Assembly: GCA_009700115.1 (NCBI GenBank)
Contig: WLMU01000001.1
Location: 4,364 to 68,363 of the forward strand
Direction of reading: 5' to 3'
DNA: 64,000 nt
Source: Actinomycetota bacterium
GTDB taxonomy: Bacteria; Actinomycetota; Acidimicrobiia; Acidimicrobiales; Acidimicrobilacustridaceae
Positions within the stretch are counted from its first letter, which is position 1. The number at the start of each line of letters is the position of its first letter. The notes beneath the pieces were generated by a model, which was not told the DNA's origin, made no database searches, and saw only the letters and a program-made list of their open reading frames with translations. The translations under genes and the position numbers were made by a program. Positions 55,706-64,000 of the stretch are shown piece by piece.

Positions 55706-56575
55706 TCACCTTTGGTACAGGGGTGCGGCTCGGTTCAGGATGATTTGCGTCCGCTCGTTGACCGCTTCTTCGAAGCGTCCTTCTTCGACCATCCAGAACC
55801 GGTTGGCGTAAAGGCCTTCGATGACCTGCTCGGCGACCTCAGAAAGTGGTGTGACGGCGACCGGAGTTCCGGCTGCTTCCATAGATTCGATCCAACCAGC
55901 CATCTTGTGGGTGTGGTCGATCGCAACTTCAGCTTCGTAGCCGGCAGGACGCTCAGCGGCTGCCCAAATGCCAGTGTTCAACACGCCCTTGGTCTTGCCC
56001 GTCGGGAAGAGAACAGAAACACCAATCTTTTGGTTGACCTCATTGAGTTGTCCGTAGAGACATTCGCTCAACGTGACGACGGCTGCTTTGCATGTTGCAT
56101 ACGTCGGCGACATGGCGATGGGCGAGAAGCCACCGTTATTGGAGGAAGTATTGACGATGTGCGCTTCTTCGTCCTGAGCGAGCAGCGTGGGCACGAATGC
56201 ATTGATGCCGTTGATGACGCCGTAGAGGTGAACGCTGAGAGCGAACCGCCAGTCGTTAATTTCGTGTTCCCAAAGTCGACCATGCGCGCCCGAAGCGACA
56301 CCAGCGTTGTTGCAGACCACATGAACCTTGCCGAATTCGGCCAGTGTTGCATCGCGCAGAGCTTGGACCGATTCGAGGCTGGAAACGTCAGCAGTAACGC
56401 CGATGACCTCTCCGCCATTTCCGCGCAGTTCGTTGACAACGCCGTCGAGCTGTTCGGCACGGAGGTCCGACAAGACGACCTTCATCCCTTCGGCTAGGAA
56501 GCGTTCGCCCATGGCCTTTCCAATACCACCAGCACCACCGGTGATGACCGCTACTTTGCCCTTAAGTTCTTTCAT
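55706..56575 (-). CDS. Short-chain dehydrogenase/reductase
   Basis: TGGAGGIG, CNNAGV, YATCK. Confidence 0.9.
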   Translation of the reverse strand: MKELKGKVAVITGGAGGIGKAMGERFLAEGMKVVLSDLRAEQLDGVVNELRGNGGEVIGVTADVSSLESVQALRDATLAEFGKVHVVCNNAGVASGAHGRLWEHEINDWRFALSVHLYGVINGINAFVPTLLAQDEEAHIVNTSSNNGGFSPIAMSPTYATCKAAVVTLSECLYGQLNEVNQKIGVSVLFPTGKTKGVLNTGIWAAAERPAGYEAEVAIDHTHKMAGWIESMEAAGTPVAVTPLSEVAEQVIEGLYANRFWMVEEGRFEEAVNERTQIILNRAAPLYQR

Positions 56576-56638
56576 GATTCCCCCTCTGATCGAAGTCGAA
56601 CTCTAGTTCTGGCCTGGAGGGCAGTGACGAGTTTGTGC

Positions 56639-57478
56639 TTAGCGACGTTCGAACGCGCTGGCGGCAGAGAGGCGAGTCGGAATCTGATGGGGCGTTGCTG
56701 GAGATTCTTGGGTTGGGTCGACGTAGGTGCCGAGCACGGTCACTCGATGCATCACCCTGTCGTCCTTGTAGTCGCCCACGGCGTAGTGGCGGGTGCAACG
56801 GTTGTCCCAAATTGCGACGTCGCCCGCGGACCATTTCCATCTGCAGGTCAGTTCCGGACGTTCTCCCCACGCGAAGAGGAGAGCGAGAACGGCGTCGCTT
56901 TCGGCTTGCTCGAGTTGCGGAATTCGGGTCGTAAAGAGCCTGTTGATGGCGAGCGCCTCTCGCCCAGTAGCAGGGTGCCTGAGGACAAGCGGACGCTCGG
57001 CTTTCATCTCCGGGTGACCTTGGGGCCAAGCGGTGTGGATGGCGGTGAGTCCTCGCACAAAGGTTTGCATCGAGGACGACATCGATTCGAAGGCTGCGTA
57101 CTGATTTGCCCACATGGTGTCGCCGCCGGCGACGGGGCCACTGATCTGCTGCAGCACTGCGGCTATCGGCGGTGTGTCGTTGAACGTGACATCGGTATGC
57201 CAGACATCGGCACGACCGCCGCGCTCGCTATGGAGGACGGTCACTTCTGGGGTGTCGTCGAGTTTTTCGGTCAGGGGATGGATCTCAAGTTCACCGAACC
57301 ACGATGCGAAGTTGCGTTGTTCGGTGGGGGACAAATGCTGGTCCGGGAAGATTAGAACGAGATTTAGGAGCCAAGCGGTATGAAGTTCTTGGAACGTTTG
57401 ATCGTCAAGAGAGCGAAGATCAATGCCACTCACTAATGCTCCGATTGCGCCACCGAGTTGTGTGATCTCAATAGACAT
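56639..57478 (-). CDS. TauD/TfdA family dioxygenase
   Basis: WHTD, GGDTMW, WDNRCTRH, MHRVT. Confidence 0.9.
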   Translation of the reverse strand: MSIEITQLGGAIGALVSGIDLRSLDDQTFQELHTAWLLNLVLIFPDQHLSPTEQRNFASWFGELEIHPLTEKLDDTPEVTVLHSERGGRADVWHTDVTFNDTPPIAAVLQQISGPVAGGDTMWANQYAAFESMSSSMQTFVRGLTAIHTAWPQGHPEMKAERPLVLRHPATGREALAINRLFTTRIPQLEQAESDAVLALLFAWGERPELTCRWKWSAGDVAIWDNRCTRHYAVGDYKDDRVMHRVTVLGTYVDPTQESPATPHQIPTRLSAASAFERR

Positions 57479-57505
57479 ACGTTTGTAAGTCTCCTTCGGA
57501 AGACG

Positions 57506-58348
57506 TCACAGTCGTGTGACGCTGTGAAATGACTTTCGAGTTGCGGCGGTAACAGGCAGATGTTCGCCCAGTTCACCGGCGAGGTTGAGGGCCTGATCTA
57601 AGTCCTTCTCTCCGAGCGACTGCAAGTGGATTAACAGATCACGCAGCGATTGAGCGTCGTTATCGGAGAGAGGCGAAGGTCCTCCGAGCATGAATGGCGA
57701 AAGTGCCTGATCAAAGACCCCGGTTTCGGCGATCGTGTGTTGGAGAACACTGAGAGCGATCCCAGCGCCAGAGGCGATCTGCATGGCTTCGTGTACGGCG
57801 GCCATACAGATATAACCAGTGGCATTCCTGGCGAGTTTCAGAGCAAGTCCCGCACCAAGGTCGCCGGCATGGATGATTTCTTTCGAAAATGCCATCAGCG
57901 TCGGTGACGCGAGGTCAACTGCATCTTCTGAACCACCGACCATGGTGAGAAGTGTTCCGGCTTTCGAGCCTGCTTCACCACCACTGATGCCCGCATCAAT
58001 CACTGCAACCCCCACCTCCGCTCCCGCGTCAGCAAGGTGGCGAAGCGTTTCGGGCGAAATCGTTGAATGAATAGCTACGACCGACCCCGGCTGCATTGTT
58101 GTAAGCACACCGTTGGTCCCCGAAACAACCTCGATGGTCTGTGCATCGTTAAAGACAACGATGCACGCGACTTCGACTGCTCGGGCGGCGTCAGCGGGAG
58201 AGGATGCGACGGCCGCTCCCGACTCGGAAAATGGTGCAAGTGATTCGGCGCTGATGTCAAAAAGCGATACCTCGAATCCGGCATCGATCACATGTTTTGC
58301 CATCGGACCACCCATACGACCGAGCCCGATCATCGCGACCTTCGTCAT
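57506..58348 (-). CDS. Beta-hydroxyacid dehydrogenase (3-hydroxyisobutyrate DH family)
   Basis: IGLGRMGGPMA, DAGISGG, MVGG, KLARN. Confidence 0.88.
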   Translation of the reverse strand: MTKVAMIGLGRMGGPMAKHVIDAGFEVSLFDISAESLAPFSESGAAVASSPADAARAVEVACIVVFNDAQTIEVVSGTNGVLTTMQPGSVVAIHSTISPETLRHLADAGAEVGVAVIDAGISGGEAGSKAGTLLTMVGGSEDAVDLASPTLMAFSKEIIHAGDLGAGLALKLARNATGYICMAAVHEAMQIASGAGIALSVLQHTIAETGVFDQALSPFMLGGPSPLSDNDAQSLRDLLIHLQSLGEKDLDQALNLAGELGEHLPVTAATRKSFHSVTRL

Positions 58349-58734
58349 TTGACGGCCCCATGGTTAGCGATTGCAGTTTCGGAAACGCGAAACAAGGATC
58401 CACTGCTTGGATACCCGACGTACGGGATCAATTGAATGACAACCTCGCGTACCTGATCAGTCGTCAACTCGCCGGTGCGGAGTGCGTTGGAGAATTGAAT
58501 GCCAAGTGTGTCGAATTCGTGTTGGGCAGCGAGTACACCCATGACGAGGAGTCGCCTGGTTGCAACGGGGAGTGCCTCGCCCGTCCAGACTTCGCCGAAA
58601 AGGTGGCCCATCATGAGGTCGAAAAAGTCGGAAGACCCGTGTTCAGCCAGCGGCAAATCAGGTCCGTAGATCTCCCGATATTTGGCTACGCCTTCGGCAT
58701 AGCGTTCGGCATCGACTCTTGGGTGATTTGGCAT
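58345..58734 (-). CDS. Carboxymuconolactone decarboxylase family protein
   Basis: FGEVW, RRLL, PYVGYP. ATGA-coupled to the downstream dehydrogenase. Confidence 0.8.
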   Translation of the reverse strand: MPNHPRVDAERYAEGVAKYREIYGPDLPLAEHGSSDFFDLMMGHLFGEVWTGEALPVATRRLLVMGVLAAQHEFDTLGIQFSNALRTGELTTDQVREVVIQLIPYVGYPSSGSLFRVSETAIANHGAVK

Positions 58735-58903
58735 TTGGTCCTCTGTCCTTGGTTGCAGACGATTAGCACTGCCTCGATCAGGCAAGGTTGACACAGCAAT
58801 TCGAGATCTCGCTGAGGTGGTGTGTCCGTCAAAAGCGCGTTGCTGGGCATGACCCTCGCTATTTCCGCTACCTTGCCCCCAACAGTTCGTTACTTAAGGG
58901 GGA

Positions 58904-59317
58904 ATGATGGGTTCAACAGTTGGTCAGTTCTGTATCGCAGTGAACGATCTTGAAGAATCGGTTCGGTTCTACACAGAGATCATGGGTCTCGTCGAACATG
59001 GTCGCACCGAAATCCCGAACGTGCATGAGGTGCATCTCGCCGGGGCAGAGGGCGAACACGGAGGCCGGCTCCAGCTGGCCAAGTTCAATCCCACGCAAAC
59101 CCCGCAGCCGATCGATCATGGCCGAGCGCTGTGGAAGGTCTACATCTACGTTGATGATGCAGTTGCGACATGGGAAAAGGCTGTTGCCGCTGGCTATGAA
59201 TCCCACATGAAGCCAGAGCGACTTGAGCGCTGGCCAGTCATCGTTGGGTTCGTTTCCGATCCCGACGGATATCTGATCGAGATCATCCAATCCGAAGGAC
59301 CGCGTCCGGGGCACTGA
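58904..59317 (+). CDS. VOC/glyoxalase family protein
   Basis: VNDLEESVRFY, FVSDPDGYLIEI. Confidence 0.88.
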   Translation: MMGSTVGQFCIAVNDLEESVRFYTEIMGLVEHGRTEIPNVHEVHLAGAEGEHGGRLQLAKFNPTQTPQPIDHGRALWKVYIYVDDAVATWEKAVAAGYESHMKPERLERWPVIVGFVSDPDGYLIEIIQSEGPRPGH

Positions 59318-59348
59318 TTCCCGCTGGGCACGGCACAAGCACGACGAG

Positions 59349-59383
59349 AGGGCCAGAGGATTCCCATAGGGGCCTCTGGCCCT
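59349..59383 (+). terminator. GC-rich hairpin downstream of the VOC gene
   Basis: AGGGCCAGAGG / CCTCTGGCCCT 11-bp perfect inverted repeat. Confidence 0.55.
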
Positions 59384-59454
59384 TCATCGTTGCGCTACTA
59401 GGCATAGGCTGAACAGATTGGGGCGAAAGCCTTGGTCAATCGAGGGGGAATCTG

Positions 59455-60744
59455 ATGAATGCCGACGATCTCATTCTGGTCAGTGTTGACGATCACATCG
59501 CCGAACCGGCCAACATGTTCGACGCACATGTGCCGGCGAAATATAAAGAGTTCGCACCGCGAGTCGTTACCGACGAAAACGGCATTGAGCAGTGGTGGTA
59601 CGGCGACATCAAGGGCCGCAACCTTGGATTGAATGCCGTCGCCGGGAAGCCGCGCGAGTACTACAACATCGATGCATCTCGCTATGACCAGATGCGACCA
59701 GGTTGTTGGGACGTTCATGAGCGAGTTCGCGACATGAATGCCGGCGGACAACTCGCAGGATTGAACTTCCCGAACTGGACTGGTTTCTCAGGGCAGGTAC
59801 TTAACCAGGGGCCCGATCTGGCTATCAACGAGATCATGATCAAGGCGTACAACGACTGGCACATCGATGAATGGTGTGGCGCGTACCCCGGGCGATTCAT
59901 TCCTTGCGGAATTCTTCCGCTTTGGGATGTCGAGCAAGCGGCAGCAGAAGTACGTCGTCTTGCAGCGAAGGGATGTCACGCCGTCACGTTCTCTGAGAAT
60001 CCCGCGGCCTTGAACATGCCTTCGATTCATTCGGGAGCATGGGATCCTCTGTTCGCAGCATGCGTCGAGACCGAAACGGTCATTGCGTGTCACCTTGGTT
60101 CATCGTCGAAGAGCGCAGCGACGTCAGCTGATGCGCCCGCTGGCGTTGCGATGACATTGTCCTCAGCTGGAACGGTGTACACACTCGTCGACCTCATTTG
60201 GGCGACGTTCTGGGAGCGCTTCCCGACTCTCAAGTTCTCACTGACCGAGGGCGATATCGGCTGGATTCCCTATTTCCTGTGGCGCGCCGAGCATGTCAAC
60301 GATCGACATGGCGGTTGGATCGACCACGACTTTTCCAAGACCGGTGGCCCAACCCAGATCTTCAACGATCACATCTTGGTGTGCTTCATTAAAGAGACTG
60401 TTGGCCCGCAGCTTTTTAATCACTTCAATCTCGACAACGTGTGCTGGGAATCCGACTATCCACATTCCGACGGAACCTGGCCGAATGCTCCGGAAGAGCT
60501 CTTGAAGACTCTCGCCGGGTACGACGACGCGACGATCAACAAGATTTCGTACGAGAATGCCATGAAGCATTACAACTTCGATCCGTTCAAGTACATCCCG
60601 AAGGAAAAGGCCACGGCTGGCGCGCTCCGGGCGATGTCGCCAGACGTTGATGTCGTCACCCGTACGGGCCGTCTTGCCGATGAGCGCGATCTCGCTCAGT
60701 GGAAAGCCATCATCAGCGGTGGCATGGCGGCAGCAAAGCCGTAA
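59455..60744 (+). CDS. Amidohydrolase family protein (Amidohydro_2)
   Basis: SVDDH, MRPG, AYNDW, CHLGSS, WESDYPHSD. Confidence 0.9.
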   Translation: MNADDLILVSVDDHIAEPANMFDAHVPAKYKEFAPRVVTDENGIEQWWYGDIKGRNLGLNAVAGKPREYYNIDASRYDQMRPGCWDVHERVRDMNAGGQLAGLNFPNWTGFSGQVLNQGPDLAINEIMIKAYNDWHIDEWCGAYPGRFIPCGILPLWDVEQAAAEVRRLAAKGCHAVTFSENPAALNMPSIHSGAWDPLFAACVETETVIACHLGSSSKSAATSADAPAGVAMTLSSAGTVYTLVDLIWATFWERFPTLKFSLTEGDIGWIPYFLWRAEHVNDRHGGWIDHDFSKTGGPTQIFNDHILVCFIKETVGPQLFNHFNLDNVCWESDYPHSDGTWPNAPEELLKTLAGYDDATINKISYENAMKHYNFDPFKYIPKEKATAGALRAMSPDVDVVTRTGRLADERDLAQWKAIISGGMAAAKP

Positions 60745-60747
60745 CTC

Positions 60748-62769
60748 TCAGTCCGCGGCCTGAAGTTCCACTTCGAGCCCCGACTGCAGGACCATTCCCG
60801 TAAGCGAGTCAATGCCGGTAGCGGCACTCGTTAGCGCGCAAACGTTTGCGTCTCCCCAACCATGAGTCAAGACGATCGAATCGTCTCGCAACGTTGGATC
60901 AGCTAGCAGTCGAGCCGTAACTGAGCCGAATGGAGAGGTCACCGTTGCGCGTTCTGATCGTCCAAGAGCGGCGACGGCCGAGGGCGATGCATAGATCGCC
61001 GGTTGTTCCAGCGTCCCGCCCGGTGGAACGATTTCTCGAAATTGCGAGTTCATGAGTTTGAGCCGGCGGCTGGGCAATAAAACTGACGAGCCCTGTTGTG
61101 GTGGGTTCTTCAGAAGGTGCGCAATGTCTGCTTGAAGAGTGGGAACACCCAAGCGCCATTTCCCAGACGACAAGACCCTGGCAGTCACCCATCCATAAAC
61201 GGCACCTGAAGCAATGGTGAGCGATGGTGAACTCATGAGTGATTGAGGATCGAGGCTTCGATCGACGAGATGCATGAGCAGTCGCGTCTCGGTTTCATCG
61301 TTGAGCTCGACGTCGCGGGGGAGTAGGTCGAGTTCAAGTCGGTTTGCGAGTTGCGCCAACATCCACCACACAGGGCGTCGTTCATGGAGTGGCTGAACGA
61401 CGGCCTTGGTGAATTGCGCCGCTACGGCGAGTTGGAACGAATCAAGCAACCATGTCAGATCAGCGCGTTCGAGTTGGTCGACAGCGGGGAGAACATGGCT
61501 CGCCAGATCAGTCGTTTCGGTGGGAAGAACGTCGATAACCACAAGAGTGGAGAGCGAAGACAAGGCGGCAATGGTTCTGTCTCGATCGGGCAAAGCCGTC
61601 ACGGGATTTCCCCCGACGACGATGAGCGTTGTGATGTTGCCGGCCTCGATTTCAGGGACAAGCGCCGAGCAGGGGTACTCGCCAAATCGGCGCGGGAGAT
61701 CTGGTCGACTCTTGGGGCCAGGCGCTGGGGTGCCATCGGAAACAGGTAGGTCTCGTTGGTCGAGCCTCAGGAGGTACCCAGGGTTAAACCACATTCCTCC
61801 TGGGGCGTCATAAGAGTCGGTGACGATGTGGAGTGCCCATAAGAGATACTCGGTGACATTCGCGGTTGCCGACATGGAAACGCCAGTGCCGGTGAGCGCG
61901 CTGACTCGACTGGCCGACAACACCGCATCGAGAAGTGCTTCGAGCGAATCGATCGCAACGTCGCAGGAAGTGGATACGAGTTGATCGTCAAACAGGGCGA
62001 CTATGTTCGTTAGCGACTCGGCACCAGTTGCGCGTTGATCGAGGGTTGACGCTGCTGGATGCTCCTCTAACAGTCGTCGCACGAGCCAGCCGAGGACGAG
62101 CCAATCCGATCCGGGTCGAATCTGTAGATGGCGATCAGCGAGTGCGGCAGTCTCCGTGCGACGCGGATCAATCACCCAAAGTGCGCCACCGCCTTCTTGA
62201 AACTCACGAAACCGTCGAACGGGATCCGGCATTGCATTCGAATGGCCATGAGAGACGACAGGGTTGCTGCCGAAAAGCAGAAGCAGTTTCGATGAATCAT
62301 GATCCCAGAGGGGAGTGAGGCCTGACCAGCCTCCGACTAGTTCGGCAATCAGGGGTTTGCTCGGTGTGTCGATTGTCGTTGCGGTGTATTTCTGTTTCGA
62401 TCCGAGAAGCGAAAGGAACCGTTCTGCAGAACGACGCCCTGCGGTGTCGAAGGCGGAACCGCTCGCTAAATACATGGCGATCGAATCTGGTCCGAATTCG
62501 TTTAATGATGCAGAGACTCGATCGGCGATGTCGTCAAGCTCGTGTTCCCATTCGGAGAATGTCCGTGAGTCACCTCGTCCAGTGGAAGGTTGATCGAGAC
62601 GGCGATCGTCATGATGGAGAACACCGAGTGAGCGTCCCTTCGCACATGTGTATCCACGTGAGAGGGCGTGTGACTCGTCGCCCCTAATTTTCACGATGAC
62701 TTTGTCCTCGACCGTTACGACGAGACCGCACATCGCGTTACACACTCGACAAAAGGTCTGAACGTCCAC
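60748..62769 (-). CDS. Molybdopterin-dependent oxidoreductase (DMSO reductase superfamily)
   Basis: N-terminal CRVCNAMCG...CAKG [4Fe-4S] motif, GSNPVVSH, IDPRRTETA, C-terminal HGWG. No Tat signal. Confidence 0.88.
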   Translation of the reverse strand: MDVQTFCRVCNAMCGLVVTVEDKVIVKIRGDESHALSRGYTCAKGRSLGVLHHDDRRLDQPSTGRGDSRTFSEWEHELDDIADRVSASLNEFGPDSIAMYLASGSAFDTAGRRSAERFLSLLGSKQKYTATTIDTPSKPLIAELVGGWSGLTPLWDHDSSKLLLLFGSNPVVSHGHSNAMPDPVRRFREFQEGGGALWVIDPRRTETAALADRHLQIRPGSDWLVLGWLVRRLLEEHPAASTLDQRATGAESLTNIVALFDDQLVSTSCDVAIDSLEALLDAVLSASRVSALTGTGVSMSATANVTEYLLWALHIVTDSYDAPGGMWFNPGYLLRLDQRDLPVSDGTPAPGPKSRPDLPRRFGEYPCSALVPEIEAGNITTLIVVGGNPVTALPDRDRTIAALSSLSTLVVIDVLPTETTDLASHVLPAVDQLERADLTWLLDSFQLAVAAQFTKAVVQPLHERRPVWWMLAQLANRLELDLLPRDVELNDETETRLLMHLVDRSLDPQSLMSSPSLTIASGAVYGWVTARVLSSGKWRLGVPTLQADIAHLLKNPPQQGSSVLLPSRRLKLMNSQFREIVPPGGTLEQPAIYASPSAVAALGRSERATVTSPFGSVTARLLADPTLRDDSIVLTHGWGDANVCALTSAATGIDSLTGMVLQSGLEVELQAAD

Positions 62770-62814
62770 CGGGAGATCCTGTCACGGGTTCAGCCGAACG
62801 CTGCGCTGAACGAA

Positions 62815-63432
62815 TTACTCAAGACGTGAAGGATCTGGGTCTCGCCACATCAGCCACACCGGAGGACTGCCGGGAACACTGATTTCGTTGAGAACCTCGA
62901 AGCCAAATCGTTCGTAGAACGGAAGGTTCTCCGGCTTTTGGGTTTCAAGGTAGGCCGCCTCAATCTCGCGATCGCAACGATTCAGCACTGGCATGAGAAG
63001 TTCGCGCCCTACGCCTTGGCGCTGTCGAGTGGGGTCGACGCCAAGAAGCGCGAGGTACCAATGCGGTTGCTGCGGATGGGCATTCTCGACGGCAGTGAGA
63101 AGCTTGATTCCCGTTCGTCGGTTCCGTCCTGTCAGTAGCGCCCGAGCGCAGGCTGCGTAAATACGGAACTCGCGCCCTTTGGATCGCGGTGTCCCGCCGG
63201 GGGGAAGCCAAGAAGCCGAACCGACCAGGCGATGGCCGTCAACAGCGCCCCACACCTGACCGTGCTCCATGCAGTCTCGTAACAGGGCGCCGAGGAAAAT
63301 CGGAAGGATTCGATGTTCCTGGCCGGGGTCTTTCGCGAAGAAACCAAAAAGTGGATCGGGCCAGAAGGCGCGACTTGTCGTGGCAATCGCTTCTCCTCGC
63401 TGAGAGCGACTGATTTGCACTATCTGTGTCAT
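62815..63432 (-). CDS. GNAT N-acetyltransferase
   Basis: HWYLALLGVDPTRQRQGVG, AYLET, NLPFYERFGF. Confidence 0.9.
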   Translation of the reverse strand: MTQIVQISRSQRGEAIATTSRAFWPDPLFGFFAKDPGQEHRILPIFLGALLRDCMEHGQVWGAVDGHRLVGSASWLPPGGTPRSKGREFRIYAACARALLTGRNRRTGIKLLTAVENAHPQQPHWYLALLGVDPTRQRQGVGRELLMPVLNRCDREIEAAYLETQKPENLPFYERFGFEVLNEISVPGSPPVWLMWRDPDPSRLE

Positions 63433-64000
63433 CAGGCCTTCGGAGAAGATTGAGCACCGCGGATGAGGCGGCCGGGTAGCTCGCCTGTCGGAACTCCGTC
63501 TTTCATTACGACTGAGCCGGCAACAATCGTGGATCGGTAGCCCGCCGCACGTTGGACCAAGCGTTTCCCGTTTGCCGGGAGGTCGTGCAACATCTCCGGA
63601 ACACCGACGGAAAGCATTTCGAAATCGATCAGGTTGACGTCGGCTCGTTTGCCCTCTTCGAGAGTTCCTCGATCGTCAAGGCCGACCGCCTGAGCGGTGT
63701 CATGGGCTTGTTGTTTAACGAGCCACTCAATTTCGAATTTCTCTGAGGATGCAACGTCGCGGCCCCAGTACTGCAACATCCATGTTGGAAAGCTGGCGTC
63801 GCAGATCATTGTGCAATGGGCGCCCGCATCACCCAGACCGGGAACAGTGTTGGGGTGAGCGATCATTTCGCGAGTCGCTTTTAGATTTCCCTCGACGAAG
63901 TTCATTACGGGAACATAAATGCGACCATTGCCATTGTCTGACATGAGTGTGTCGTATGCGCCAGCGATATCGAGACGCTCATCGAGTGATTGGTCGTAGC
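63432..64000 (-). CDS. N-acyl-D-amino-acid deacylase family protein (5' part outside window)
   Basis: GLGDAGAH, ICDAS, ADVNLID, DLPANGKRL; paralogue of 47410-49143. Confidence 0.85.
   Translation of the reverse strand, partial: YDQSLDERLDIAGAYDTLMSDNGNGRIYVPVMNFVEGNLKATREMIAHPNTVPGLGDAGAHCTMICDASFPTWMLQYWGRDVASSEKFEIEWLVKQQAHDTAQAVGLDDRGTLEEGKRADVNLIDFEMLSVGVPEMLHDLPANGKRLVQRAAGYRSTIVAGSVVMKDGVPTGELPGRLIRGAQSSPKA

Noticed and set aside
1-64000. Secondary-metabolite biosynthetic cluster or defence system
   Set aside because: There is no PKS/NRPS, carrier protein, RiPP precursor, nuclease or defence ATPase. The enzyme set plus an importer points to catabolism.

Overview
A gene-dense, high-GC bacterial chromosomal segment. 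It is most likely actinobacterial, possibly Acidimicrobiia-like; this is inferred from the F420-dependent enzyme families, leaderless TANNNT promoters and the paralogue mix. Almost every gene is catabolic or redox-related: 3 Baeyer-Villiger monooxygenases, 3 Amidohydro_2 proteins, 2 TauD dioxygenases, a P450 with ferredoxin, 6 SDRs, 2 heteromeric acyl-CoA dehydrogenase pairs, 2 class III CoA-transferases, a thiolase-like/DUF35 pair, a KstD-like flavoprotein, a Dpp/Opp-type ABC importer, and IclR and GntR regulators. I found no mobile element, CRISPR array or rRNA. Four observations stand out. (1) An intact tRNA-Leu has the anticodon AAG (A34), which is rare in bacteria. (2) A palindromic TATCAT-N4-ATGATA motif recurs in intergenic regions across about 30 kb and suggests one regulon. 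(3) An 11-gene, tightly coupled operon joins P450, ferredoxin and an F420 reductase to two APH-family kinases, a CoA-transferase and an Ltp2-like aldolase. (4) A ~107-nt three-way-junction structured element lies inside the ABC operon. All functional calls rest on motif recognition by eye, and no substrates can be assigned from sequence alone.
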